DNA of 63,468 nucleotides, the filler included, from Octopus bimaculoides (lineage: Eukaryota): assembly GCF_001194135.2 (NCBI RefSeq). It is 3 parts of 3 records of this genome, joined end to end, with 100 filler letters (N's around TTAATTAATTAA, not from the genome) between each part and the next. Parts side by side here need not be neighbours in the genome. Positions count along the whole stretch, not along the records: positions 28,280 to 57,748 come from NC_068984.1; 2 more parts are not named here. One strand, written 5' to 3'. The translations under genes were made by a program, and so were the position numbers. Below, in pieces: positions 40,657 through 53,311 of this stretch (the stretch's first letter is position 1; each line of letters starts with the position of its first letter). A model generated the notes under the pieces. That model was given only the letters and a program-made list of their open reading frames with translations, searched no databases and was not told the DNA's origin.

Positions 40657-42425
40657 TTAATAGGGAAGGTTTAGACAAAACAGTAAAACTTAAAATTGAT
40701 TACTAAGTAGAGATCTTAGTAAAAATGCAAAGCTAATATTATATTTAAGGGACATAAAGGCAACATAGTTTCTAGATCTAAATCATCATTTTAACATTTA
40801 TTTTTCCATGCTAACTATTGGCGAGATAGGATTTATCAAAGCAGAATTTCTATGGCCACATGTATTTCCTGTTGCCAACTCACATATTTCCAGACAAGTA
40901 ATATTTCAGAAGGGTGGAATCAAATGAGATAGCTTGCTATAATGACATTTAGAATCAACAAGCAATGTCATGACAAGGAGACTTTATGTCTCCCACCTCT
41001 CTCTCTCACACACACACACAAATGATGAGCTTCTTTCAGTTTCCATCTGCCAAATCCACTTGTAAGGCTTTGGTTGCTTTGGCACTATAACAGAAGACAC
41101 TTCCCTAAGGTGCCATGCAGTGGAACTGAACCTAAAACCATACAGGTGGGAAACAAGCTTTTTAACCACACAACCATACCTAAATGTGGTTAAAATCTAG
41201 CTAAATCAACAACTGTTGGTAAGAAAATTGTACGAAAAGATTAATGACAGTATTAGCTAAACTACTAACCGTAACTAATTCCATTATAGTAACACAGTCA
41301 TCACTAAGTTTAGGCATCATTAGTAAGAAACACAATAACCAAGTTGACATAATAGAATTTTATTTATCAATCTCTAAAGCATTATTCGGATAAGTATTAC
41401 ATTTTGCTAAAAGTTAAATGCTATCTATATAATATTCAGCCCTCTGTGCTCAGCAACATATTGGTTAGTTGATGTTATCAGACAATCTTGCTTTCAAATT
41501 GGATATCATGAAACTTCAAGCAATCAGTTACAATACACACACATATACAGTGATTAAGATTTGTGCTTCTCAGTCACATGGTTTTGATTTCGGTCAACTA
41601 AGTACCACCTTGTGAAAGTGTCTTCTACCATAGAAGTCAGCTGAAAAGCCTTGTAGGTGAGTTTGGTGGATGGAAACTGAAAGAAGCCTAGCATTTTAAT
41701 ATCCATTTAACTATGCTTGCATAGGTAGGACAGAATTTGTAAAGGCAGACTTTTAGTTGCATACCCTTCCTGTCACCAACCCTCACCTGTTTCCAAGTAA
41801 GGCAATATTTTCTCATAGCCAGATGTATTTTCAAAGAAAGACTAAAAGGAAAGAGTACGCATAATGTGTGTGTGTGCACATATATGTGTATGTATATATG
41901 AATGATGTATGTGTGCATGAGTGTTTTTATATCTCCCTGTCTTGATATTCTGTCATGGTCACACAAGCAGTGTCATTTGTTCCCAATCTTCCATATAAAC
42001 ATGTCCAGTTATGGGGAAACATTATATTGCTTGTAAACAAGTAGGAGAGGCATCTAGCTGTAGAAAATTTGCTTCAACAAATTCCACTCAAACCACTTTT
42101 CTATGCATTTGCATGGAAAAGTAAAAAATTAAAACAATGATAAGAAGTTTGTTTCCCAACCACATGGTTCTGGGTTCAGTCTCATGGCATGACATCATGG
42201 GCAAGTATCTTCAACTATACCTTGAGCTAACCAAAACTTTGTGAGTGGATCTGACAGAAGCCTATAATATATCATCAACATTGAATGTCTGTTGTCCATG
42301 CTGCTATGGGTTGGATGGTTTGATCTAAGCTTGGGAACTGCACCAGACTCCAGTCTGATTCAGCATAGCTTCTATGGCTGGATGCCCTTCCAAACACCAA
42401 TCACTTTACAGAGTGTGCTGGGTAC

Positions 42426-42560
42426 CTTTATGTGGCACTGCATGGGCACATTTACGTGGAATCACACAGGCATTTTTATGTGGAACTACATTGATGCTTT
42501 TACATGGCTTCACATGGGAAATTTTATGTGGCACCACATGGGTGATTTACATGGCACACA
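42426..42560 (+). repeat. Minisatellite of about 21 bp (TTTATGTGGCACCACATGGG-like, about 6 units) grown from an RTE 3'-UTR
   Basis: Repeated TTTA(T/C)(G/A)TGG units directly continuing the GGTGCTTTTACGTG UTR motif. Confidence 0.65.
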
Positions 42561-42828
42561 CACAGACAAACACATGTATGTATATAAGTGTGTGTGTGTG
42601 TGTATGTTTCCTAGTCTTGACTTCATGTGTACTTGTAATGATTGTCATTATCAAACAAGCAGTGTCATTCATTTCCAATATACTGTGAAAACGTATCTGA
42701 TAATGGAGACATGTCGTCTTACTGGAAACAGGTAAGGGTTGGCAACAGGAAGTGTATTCAGGTGTAGAAAATCTGCCTAAATAAACTCTTTCCAAGGATG
42801 GAAAAGTGGATATTAAACTTGAATGAAA

Positions 42829-42904
<76 letters not shown>

Positions 42905-42978
42905 CGTGCATGTACATATTCAAAATTATCTTCTTTATATTTTATTTTAGGGTGGAATAATCAAGAAAAATAACTCAC

Positions 42979-43105
42979 TTCTGCTTCACAAAGGTGCGTT
43001 AAACCTTTCAATGACATTATTGCAGCTGGAGTGGTTGATTTTAATAAGCAACTATTGAGAATATCAGATAAAAGACTTAACATATCTGGTCCATGCTGCA
43101 CAGGC
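42979..43105 (-). CDS. FOCAD: Focadhesin internal exon E (127 nt)
   Basis: (R)PVQHGPDMLSLLSDILNSCLLKSTTPAAIMSLKGLTHLCEAE versus recalled human RPYQHGADMLAAISQVLNEC...AALVLQGLHALCQAE. TTTACAG acceptor, GTGAGT donor; phase fits the previous exon. Confidence 0.93.
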
Positions 43106-44907
43106 CTGTAAACATAAGATATATGAATAGTCATTAAGTAAATATTTATTTTATAAAGATTAATTTATTCATATTATATGATGCATATATTGTGGTCAAT
43201 TTATTATTATTATTATATAATGCATACATGTCATGTAAAAATATTTCCTTCTTTCTGTTTATAACCTAGCCATCACACACACACACACACAGTTCCCTCA
43301 CACATTATTTCTCTTTGATAAGTATTTCCTTTGTATTGCTCTTGTTTTAATTTTCTCCTTCAATCACTCTTTCTTCTACTTTCTATTCACCTGCTTATTC
43401 ATGCTGGTTTAAATGAACTTGTAGTGAAACCTCTCTCTCAGGCATTCAATCACAAATGATAACAAAGCGGCTAATATCTAGCCTTTGGCTGCTTTGGACC
43501 CTTGTGTCCACCACCCTGATTGGTTCTTATTTGCGCGGCAATTGTCTACAGTTCTGTTTTGCACCAGGGTGCATACCGTCCAATCGTGGCCTTCTAATAA
43601 GGTCACGTGAGAGAGTATTTTTCTGCTGTTCCAGTGAGCCCCTGTTCATCTATAAATTAACCTGCAAGAATCTTCTGTACCAGGTAACTGGTCACAGCAT
43701 CGACGCTCAACTTCACATACATGTGACACCACAGCTCTGCTCCTCAGCCACAACTTCCTGAGTATAGACATTCAACTATGTAACTCTTATACGAACTGGT
43801 ATTTTCTCTATCTTCGTTCAGGACGCTTATCTACTGTGTTACAGACACTCTTTCAATGCTCTGTATTCCTCATTCACACATATTGTATACACACATTTTG
43901 TACTCTCACACTCTGGCTTATATGACGGGCCGTCATTCATATTGTTGTATACATACTCTTGTACAAGAAGGCCTGTCATACACATTGTATTATGTATATA
44001 TGCCACATGCACGCACACATAGACACACTGTTCGCTATGTTAATAAATCTACCCTTCATATATATCTAACGGTTGTCTGTCACTCTGTCTCTCTCTTTCC
44101 TTTACTGGCACTCGCTCGCATCATCTCTCATTGCAAGCCTTCATATGTTATATAACATGTTATTGTGTTCGACCGTGCGACGCGTTTAAAGGAGTCATCT
44201 TCCACTTCATCGCCATCTCCTTTGGTTTGCACGGTCATTCTTTTTACAAACTCAGACAGCAATATAGCAGGTAAGGCTCTTTGGTGATACTGATGACCAA
44301 AAAACCCTCTTTGATACTGTTACCAAGATAAAATGTACTCAGGTTACTTTGTATCCAACAGAATTTGTTGAGGCATATTTTCTATGATTAGATGCCCTTT
44401 CTGTCACCAAACCTCCCTCACTTCCAAGTTTCCAAGTAAGGTAATATTTCTGTGTGGCTAGACATGTTTCCTGGAAGATTGGGATTGAACATCATTTGTA
44501 TGATGATGATACTCATTTAAAACTATTGTGTAATTTCAAGATATGGGTGTGCACGCGCACACACACACACACACACAATGAGCTTCTTTCAGTTTCTGTC
44601 TAATAAAACCACTCATAAGGCTTTGGTTACAGTGGAACTGAACATAAAATCACATGGTTGGAAAGCAAGATTCTTAACTATATGCAGTATACAAAACTTC
44701 TTGTTCATAACCTGAAAATGTTTTCATTTTGTAGAGTCAGAATGGAGCCAAAAACATGTTTAGAGAATGAGTCATCAATTGATTTTAGAAATTGTTTAAA
44801 AAAAAAAAAAATTGAAAAATTTTTCTGATTTAATTAGACTCTAATATTTTGAATGTCGTTTTTAACACAAAATGATGCTCAAAATTATAACAAACCAAGA
44901 TAATCAC

Positions 44908-45137
44908 CTTAATTCGCAGATACTTGTGATTGAGTGTGCTTTAGCAAAAACCACTTCATTTGATATTGCTGCTATGGTACCTGGAGTGATGGGCTCTTCT
45001 GTAAGTGCTTTCTGCAACTGGGGAAAGCAGCGGTCCTGTATTTTCCATAATTCTGTCAGTAGTGTAATGAAAATGGCTTTCAGCCCCTTGTAAGAGCCTA
45101 ATTCTTGGATAGATTTCAAAATTGGACCAACTACAAC
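44908..45137 (-). CDS. FOCAD: Focadhesin internal exon D (230 nt)
   Basis: VVVGPILKSIQELGSYKGLKAIFITLLTELWKIQDRCFPQLQK...VFAKAHSITSICEL(R) matches recalled human LRAVTLRLLTSLWEKQDRVYPELQR...IAKAASIRDICKQR. Starts phase 0, ends phase 2. Confidence 0.93.
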
Positions 45138-45182
45138 CTACAGAAGAGATAAAGAAAATATAAATATAATATCTTTAGAAGA

Positions 45183-45368
45183 TATTACGGCTATATCACG
45201 CTGAGAGCACCGGTTCTCGTCCAAGCACCGAAGTTAAGCAACGTCGAGCCTAGTGAGTACTTAGATGGGTGACCGCTTGGGAAATCTAGGTACTGTAAGT
45301 GTCCCACACTTAACAGCGGTGCATCAGCATGGCCGCAGCTCTGAGATGAAACTAAATAATAAAAAAAA
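45183..45368 (+). mobile_element. 5S rRNA-headed SINE (SINE3-like): full-length 5S copy plus a 3' tail shared with other repeats and an A-rich end
   Basis: 45183-45301 is a roughly 119-nt 5S rRNA-like sequence (A box AGTTAAGCAACGTCG, C box AGATGGGTGACCGCTTG). No TTTT terminator follows. The tail GCGGTGCATCAGCATGGCCGCAG...GAAAC matches 55968-56024, 22716-22760 and the minus-strand copy at 56505-56550. Confidence 0.75.
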
Positions 45369-46099
45369 GTCTTGGAAAAGCATTCACTTCTGGGTTATTT
45401 TTAATACTTAATTTACTAATTTGCTTAAATAATTTGAAGAATATTTTTTTTATACTAGAGTATTACTTGTCATACAATGGGTAACATTGGAAATATAATT
45501 TTGCTGTCAGAAGTACACTCTGGCATCTCTCATCACCATCTTTATCATCTTTCTAACTACTCTCACCCATGCTTATATAATGCAGGGTAGCCATGTATCT
45601 CCTCTACAGCAAGACACTTTTGTCTCTCTATCATATTTTGCCCTCTCAACACTTGGCATAAAGACATCACCACTTCTCTCAAATATACTCATACACTTTT
45701 TCTTTTGTCATTCAGGCTTTTTCTTCTCTTTGTTATGCAAGTTACTTGGTGACTTCACTATTGCCAGTGGTATGAAAAAAGAACCCAGTACACACATCAG
45801 GAGGAGCATCAAGTTGTTGAAACAATGCCAAAGCTAACGTTGGAGCTTTCTATGGAAAATGGATATAAAATGATGATGATGATGGGTAATTTCATAAAGA
45901 TTAAATTATAATTACTGTATGTATGCCATATTTCCTGATATTGCTCATGCTGACGAAAGTATACTGCCAAAGATATCCACCATATGATGGGTAGCACTGT
46001 ACTGCATAAATATTATTGTAGTATTGGTAGTGATATAATGATTTGGAACAATTTGCTAAAAGTTCTTTAGTGAATACCTTAGTATTTCCATTCTTCCAT

Positions 46100-47170
46100 C
46101 CATCCTTCTATCCATCTCCTCTATCTACCATTCCTGGGAAGGAGCCCTCAGGCATCTGCTCCACATGGTCCTATCAGAAGCAACCATTATTAGATTTGCT
46201 GGCTGGATTCCGAAGCATGACCAACTGAGGCTATAGATATTATCCAACCATCTAGTACTTGATCTACTCCTAGATCTGCTAGTTGGCTTGGCTTAAAGAA
46301 TCCATCTGGTGATCATTTCCTGCAGCATTCTAGTCACATGCCCAGAGTAGTGGAGCTGTGATCCCTCATTGCAGAGTAGTGGCTAAACCTTGTGGAACAC
46401 CCTGATCTCTGAGCAACACACCCTGTTGAGTAGCATTACTCTAGAGATCCTTTAGATCAATGGTTCTCAACCAGGGTCCATATGACCATAGGGGATTCAC
46501 ATAAGATTTTGTTGTTGAAGTTTATGTGCATTAAATTGCTTATACTTCAACAATACACAAAATATTCTAATGTTTTTATACAATTCTTAATAATATTTAA
46601 TTATAAAAATACAATAGGATTTTTTTTTATATGCATTGAATGGTTATGAAGGTCCAGTAGAGTTAAATAAGAATCAAAGGGGTCGATGGGGAAAAAATGG
46701 TTGAGAACTACTGCTTGAGAGGAACCCTTTTTCAGTTGCATGTATTAATGATCATGCCCTTTTCATCATGTAACCAAAATTCATAAACATAGGTGAGAAT
46801 AGGCACAAAAACCAAATTGAAGATTGTGAGTTTGACTGTTTCACCAATCTCTTCCCTTTTGAGGATTGCATACTGGGATTGGTACATTACTGTGCCAGCA
46901 CCAGCAATTCTAGCGTCCAACTCAGCCTCCTGTCTTCCATCACATGTGAATACAACTCCAAGATACTTAATCTTCAACATTTGTCTCAGTCATGTTCCAA
47001 TAACATGCACAGTGTACTAAGAAGATTTTCTTGAGAGGACTGATGTCTCAGTCTTCACAACGCTAACTCTCTTTCTTGCCTTGCAGCACTTGGCAGTGAA
47101 CCCAATCAATACATACTATAGATCACCTTCTGATGAGCCAAGTAACACCATGTCATCTGTAAATATAAAC
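46100..47170 (-). mobile_element. Degenerate RTE LINE fragment interrupted by a hAT MITE
   Basis: FTDDMVLLGSSEGDL (YADD motif), KYLGVVF, FVPILTY, then SGHVTRMLQE...STRWLDNI after the insertion. Confidence 0.8.
46458..46713. mobile_element. hAT/Charlie-type MITE (256 bp)
   Basis: TIRs CAATGGTTCTCAACC and GGTTGAGAACTACTG. Imperfect 8-bp TSD CTTTAGAT/CTTGAGAG, close to the NTCTAGAN Charlie preference. Confidence 0.8.
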
Positions 47171-48044
47171 CGATCGATCAGAAACAAATACATGGGTACT
47201 ATTGCATCCAAATTCAGAAACCTTCCTGAAGAAACTAAGGTTGTTGAAACAGTGAAAGTTGTTTTGTTGGTAAGTTTCTTCTTTGGCTGTAGGATGCTGT
47301 GGATGAAAGCAGCTAGGTATGGTACTAGAAAGTAAAAGAACTCTTCCTTTGACTAGGAAGTTAAAAATGCCAACCAAATAAAGGAGGCTTACAAAGCTTG
47401 ACCTGGACACAAATTTCCCCTCTTTGTGGCGAGGGTACATAAAAAAGGAGAAACCTCTAGTAAGTTATGCAAAAAAATACAAAACATAAAAAACAAAAAA
47501 AAAATAAGATTCTGGTAACAAACATCTTACTTGAAAAGCTTATAAGGAAAAATATTAATTACAATGAATATTTTTATATGACATAGAGCATGACTAGAGA
47601 AATCAATCAACCAACCAACCAACCAAAATTTATATTGGCTTTTATTATATAGAGATTCAATGTACAGAAATTCCAAGTTTGGGAAATGCTGAATACTATA
47701 CACCTTCTCCTTGACTTATGACTGAGTTCCATTCAGACTGACAGGTTGTAAGTCAATCTGGTCGTATGTGGATTTATATTATTCAACACTATTTTCATTC
47801 AAAAGTAACTGATGATTGAAAGTATCTGAGTGAGAGAAAGTGGCAGACAGTGGATGCCTGGGTCGGAGGGAGGCCTGCATTGCCAAATGCTGCCACAGTT
47901 ATCATATGTGCAGCTGCCCAATGTCCGAAAATTTATTATTTATTTATTTATTTACTTTTTTATTTTCTTATTTTTTGTGGTCATAAATGCAAATGGTCAT
48001 AAGTCGAGGAGAATGTGTATTCAAATATTTTGTAAATGTATTGT

Positions 48045-48262
48045 ACTGGGCATGTGCCTGACTGGACTTTGTGCGGGTGACACGTAAAAGCACCCACTAC
48101 ACTCTCTGAGTGGCTGGCGTTAGGAAGGGCATCCAGCTGTAGAAACTCTGCCAAATCAGATTGGAGCCTGGTGTAGCCATCTGGTTTCACTAGTCCTCAG
48201 TTGAATTGTCCAACCCATGCTAGCATAGAAAGAGGACGTTGAACGATGATGATGATGATGAT
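48045..48262 (+). mobile_element. RTE 3'-UTR fragment ending in (GAT)n
   Basis: Near-identical to 36250-36445. Confidence 0.8.
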
Positions 48263-49362
48263 TGTACAGTGTTGTACTATTGAAATCAAATTAGCAATAG
48301 AAAATAAACACTAGAACATCCCCTCTGACGACAACAACAACTGTAACCATAACAATAACAATAATTTCAAAAGTAAAAGTAAACTCCTATGTGGATGATC
48401 ATCCAGGATGAAATATCCTTTAAATCACACTTTAACTACTTTCAAAAATGAAGAACGCATTAAATGAGGTAGCGCTACATATATGAAAAGACAGGATGGT
48501 CAAAGTTGGAAAGTCTTGATCATAGGTTTGTTTGCTCAAAGCTAACCCGAGCTAAACAACAACAACATCAATAACAATATAGTAACAACAAGTCTGTTGT
48601 CATTTTATTCGCTAATACATGAATCATCATTATTTCCCCAAATTCTTCACTACATTTAATCCCTTTTGATATCGACTCACCTGCAACTGCCTCTGGTTCT
48701 ATGATACAAAATTCTTGTTTTAAATAGACTTACATTATATCAAAATTTCATGCTCAGTTTATGTTCCAACCATAATACCAAAGTTATTCTACTAAATTCT
48801 TCATTATTTTCTCAATTAACTGAAGCAATATAGTGTATTTCAACAAAGATATGATAGCAAAACTGCTAAAAGTAATCTAAATTAAAACCTTCCATCAAAA
48901 TTTTATGTTCAATTTATGTTCCAACTAGCAGCTTAACCTTTAGCACACTGTAGCTGCATCATGTCACTGTATGAATTTTCTCCCCTGTAGTAACAGGGCA
49001 GTGGCAGAGGAAACAATTTTAGAGAAAATGCAGTGTGTGAAAGGTTAATAGTGACAAAGTTATTTTACTACATTCTTTATAATATTCAAAATTAACAGAA
49101 ACGAAGGCAAAGGATTTCAACAGAAATATGGTAACATTTGGGTGGCATTCAAAGAGTCCTCTCTGATGCGAACATTGTATATTTATTTGTTGTGATTCCT
49201 TCCTTTTTTTCCTTTCCACTAGGCTTTGTAGTTATCAATGTTTCTCTTCTTCCTCAGATTAAGCCATAAAAGTACTCCAAAACAAACTACAAATTATTAG
49301 GGTACCATGGCCACAGCCTTGGGTTGACACATATATAAGAATAAAAGAATGTATGAGAATAC

Positions 49363-49467
49363 CTTATGTTGAGCAAGTTTAGGAATAGCTTTGAGGATGT
49401 TCAGTTTGCGATTGGGATCTGGTTCACGTCCAATTTGATAGAGAAACAAGGGAAGCAAAAATGAAGC
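49363..49467 (-). CDS. FOCAD: Focadhesin internal exon C (105 nt, 35 codons)
   Basis: ASFLLPLFLYQIGREPDPNRKLNILKAIPKLAQHK is colinear with recalled human VPNLIPVLMFKLGRPLEPILYNDILYTLPKLGVHK. AG at 49468-69, GT at 49361-62. Confidence 0.92.
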
Positions 49468-51155
49468 CTTAAAAGAGAAAAAGAAGGATGTATACAAGAG
49501 ACATAGATATATAATACTAATAGTTGAGATTTAATGAAAATGATTTTCAATTTATGTAAGAAATCCATATATTCTGGATCTAGATATAATAAATATTTCA
49601 AAGAAACAACTACATTTAATAAAAATATAAAAAAAAGATATTTATAAATAAAATTAAATCTGCTGAAATGTTTAAGGTTTGTATTAAATATGTTATAGTA
49701 ATTAATGTCACCTGTCTCTCTTACTAGGGTCTGGTTGACCTCTAAATTGCCCTGCTTTTAAAAAATACTATATGAAGAAACTTAACTCTAACCATAGGAA
49801 CGTAAATGGCATCACTGCTGGAACCCAGGACAAAATACCTTGTAGTATTTAGTTATGTCCCTTTCTGTTTTCAGGTGAAATTTCATCAAGGTTGGCTAAG
49901 TTTTTCAAACTTCTGTGGTCAATAACATATATAGCAATAACATTGGTGTTAATCAAAATTCCTGGCAAACTGATATTCGAATGCCAATGTTATAAATAAT
50001 AGTAATTTATTGTTAGAGTGTCAGACAAGATTCCTTATGACATTTAGTTCCATCCCTTTACAATCTGAGTTCAAATCCACACAAGTCAACCTCACATTTT
50101 AGCCTTTGAAGGTCAATGATATATGTACCTCTCAAGCCTTGGGAGGTGGGTACTTCAATCAACAGGACTCTTCTTCAAAACATCAGAAAACACTATCATT
50201 AACCCCATTATTCCATGGGTTTATGCAAGTTTCTAATTGTAATGCAAGATACATATATACAAAACTGTAAGTTAGTCCCTAATTCTGTTTCCTAAAACAG
50301 TTAGAAATAGCTGTCAAATCACTTTCAAATTTTATCCATTGAAGTCATATCATTCCCACAGCATTTCTGCTTTTGGAGTACTCCAATTTTTTTTCCAAAT
50401 ATTTTCCAATCCTCTTGGACTTGAGCCTTCTTTATGCATTCCAGTGTTACCTACTTTCCCTTCTTATCATCCCTAAATACAAGTTCTTAACTATACTTGC
50501 CTTCACACCCATCTCCTATCTTAAGCTGTGTCTCACACTTCCTTACTTTCTTGCAAGCTCTACCTGCCCACAATCCCTGTTCTCACAATCTCATATCACT
50601 CCTTCAGAAATATATGTCCCAAAGGAAGGAATATAAATCATCATCATTTAATATTCACCTTCCATGCCATATGGTTTGGATAGTTTGACTAAATCCAATG
50701 AGCCAGAGGACTGCATCAGTTCCAATGTCAGGCTAGATGCCCTTCCTAACACCAATATCTTTCCTAGCATCAATTCCTAATTAATAACATTGTTCTTGGT
50801 GGTGGTAGCAGTGGTGGCAGTAGTAGCAGCAGTAGTAGTTTCCTGTTGTCTCTGCTACTCAAGTAAGAGAGATATTTATTTCTAACTAAATCCTTTATAT
50901 GAAATCCATTCTGGCAAAAATTGGATGAAACTGAAAAACAGCACTATAGTATGAGCATCTCTCCCTCTGATGAGAATGATAGAAATACACTTAAGTACCT
51001 GCAGGATATTTGAAACTGTGATCTAGGAGCCAGTAGTCCAATATCCATTTATCCAATCAGTTATCTAATCTCTACTAACTGTTAACTGCTATTGTAGAGA
51101 TAATCTAAGTGAAATCAGAGTTTATTCTATCATTTTTAGAAGAGAGCAATCTTAC

Positions 51156-51425
51156 CTGCCTGTCATCCTTTTCAGCAACTACAAGCAAACTATTCATAGC
51201 ATTTGCAGAGAAATTTGTACACTGTGGTGTGACAAATAATGACGCTAAAAAATTGGTCAATATCACAGGAATTTCATTGATGCCAGTTAGTGATTCTTGA
51301 ATGTTGTTCATTAAGAGGAGGCAATTTATTTCTGATTCATTTACTATATCAGAACACAATTTCAAATACTGTCTGCTTTTATATGCTCCTTCTGTCATAC
51401 ACGGTTCTTCAGACCAGGAAATTGG
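51156..51425 (-). CDS. FOCAD: Focadhesin internal exon B (270 nt, 90 codons)
   Basis: AG acceptor 51426-27, GTAAG donor 51151-55. PISWSEEP...EIPVILTNFLASLF...LLVVAEKDDRQ aligns with recalled human VIPAPAFLLLAHLL...TELAQADSSQ. Phase 0 at both ends. Confidence 0.85.
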
Positions 51426-51592
51426 CTTGAATATGGAGAGAAAGACAGAGAAAAGAGAGAGGAAAATGGCATATAAATGTCAATATATAAATAGTAGGGG
51501 AAATTCTCAGTTAAGATAGCATCTGTATGTAATATGATTTTTGTTAGCTAGACAGAGAAGCAATGATCACATTCATGATATATCAAGTTTAA

Positions 51593-51811
51593 CCCTTTAA
51601 CAGTCAGATACACAGTCAAATGTAATACATATTTATGAAACATTGTTTTAAATTAATTGTGCATCATCTTCTAACTTTGACATTTTGATAATGTTACTAT
51701 TATTTTTACGATGATATTGTTGAATAATTGTGAGAGACCAAATCTAGCTGGTTTGATCATGAAACAGGTAGACTATTTTGGCCAGATATGGCTAGTTTAA
51801 ATAATAAAGGG
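51593..51811. mobile_element. 219-bp piggyBac-like MITE
   Basis: TTAA|CCCTTTA ... TAAAGGG|TTAA. Confidence 0.75.
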
Positions 51812-51958
51812 TTAAAGAGGACGAAATGCATGAATAAAATTATTTGACACTCAACTACCAACTCATGGCATTATAGAGATAAGAAAACAAAATATTCCAG
51901 AATGGATGAAGCAAGAAATAAAGGGAGGCAAGGGAGGAAAAGGAAAGAGAAAACTCAC

Positions 51959-52179
51959 CAACATCCCTGCGGTTGAATCAGTCTCTGAAGAAGCTGAGAC
52001 CTTGTAATCTAGCTGAATTTTTTCCATAGCTTCTATAATGGAAGTAGACGCTGTTTGTATGGTGTGTAGAGTAAATGGGTCTGCTTGGGGTGACAACATG
52101 AGATATAGCAAGGGTAATATTAAGCATCCATGGACTACAGGATGAACAGCAGTGTTATTGGTATTCAGTATTATTAATG
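51959..52179 (-). CDS. FOCAD: Focadhesin internal exon A (221 nt; first exon found in the window)
   Basis: Polypyrimidine tract plus AG acceptor (52180-81) and GTGAGT donor (51957-58). Reads (x)LIILNTNNTAVHPVVHGCLILPLLYLMLSPQ...TAGML, ends in phase 0 and splices in frame to the next exon. Its similarity to human FOCAD (recalled LALKLL...LVMPILQILSS) is weaker than for the downstream exons. Confidence 0.75.
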
Positions 52180-53311
52180 CTTTAAGAAAAAAAGAAAAGA
52201 AAGAAATACAACAATATTGAATATTGAAAATTGATAATGAATAAACTTATCCTATATATACAGAATATATACAAATATAATATCTACAACATATGTGGAA
52301 AATCGGTGTGTTTGTTTGTGGCGTTGTTAGCTAACTCCTCCTACATCGTTTTATTGATTTTGTTGAAACGTGACACCTGAGTAGAACTCATATCTGGAAA
52401 CCTTGTGACGTAATCAGATTGTTGAAAAAATTGATAATACGGCCTCTGGAAGGAACCTTCATATCTACCTTATATAACTATTTTTTTAAACACCCAAGGG
52501 AAATAACTCATACCACCTACACAATTTTTTTAAACACTCAAGGGAAATAACCCCCATTTCATTGTTTGTGTTTGATTACTTTGAACCAACAATCAGCCAA
52601 CCTAATTCTGCATTTTACTACTCACAGTTTTGAACTGCTAAACATTATTATTGCACTTCCTTAATTTGAATCTCTTCATTCATACATTTCTATACATACA
52701 TACTTTACTCTGATAATTACTCCGATAATTCTGCATTTTTACAGTTGATTGCCAAATTTCACTTAACTCTTCAACAGCGCTTTTCTCATAGTAAAACAGG
52801 TTTTTCTATGAATGACAGCAGTTATACATTTCCCATATGCCTCTGCTAAGCAGAACAATGTCTTTGCAACTTGACCCTTCTAACCTCTTCTAGGCCACTA
52901 GGGGCTGGAATGGAGATAACAGACCTTCAACGAAATCATTTGTTCTCAACAATATGTCTATCCTTCTGGCTGCTTTTCAACAGTTATAAAAACAAGAACC
53001 CCGTTAGCTAAATAAGCGCAGTTACTGACAGCGACCACCAGTGAGTGTGAAGGTTATTATTGCACTTTATTCTAACACTTCATTTATATATTTCTACACA
53101 TATATACTACATTCATATATTACCTTTAATAAATTAGCCTTCATAATATAAATATAAATTATAATATAAATTATAATATAAATTATATATATATTATATA
53201 TAAGAGAATGACTGGGTGCTTCTACTTCACAAGCTGCTCTAATGCAACAACAACGATCACAAGTAAGTCTCTGATTCATTATGTTTCATATTTACAAAAT
53301 GAAACAATTAG

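Noticed and set aside
45183-45301. Functional 5S rRNA gene
   Set aside because: It is solitary, has substitutions in the terminal helix, lacks an oligo-T terminator and runs into a retroposon tail, so it is treated as a SINE head or pseudogene.
47224-47262. CTGAAGA-AACTAAGGTTGTT-GAAACAGTG as a hammerhead
   Set aside because: Stem II is only 3 bp and there is no valid NUH or stem I; possibly a very old relic but unsupported.
51975-52025. CTGAAGA-AGCT...AGCT-GAAT on the plus strand
   Set aside because: It lies within FOCAD exon A coding sequence, has GAAT instead of GAAA, and lacks stem III.
53190-53270. Possible upstream FOCAD exon or plus-strand exon ending CAA|GTAAGT
   Set aside because: No similarity to FOCAD, no clear acceptor, and stops in most frames.
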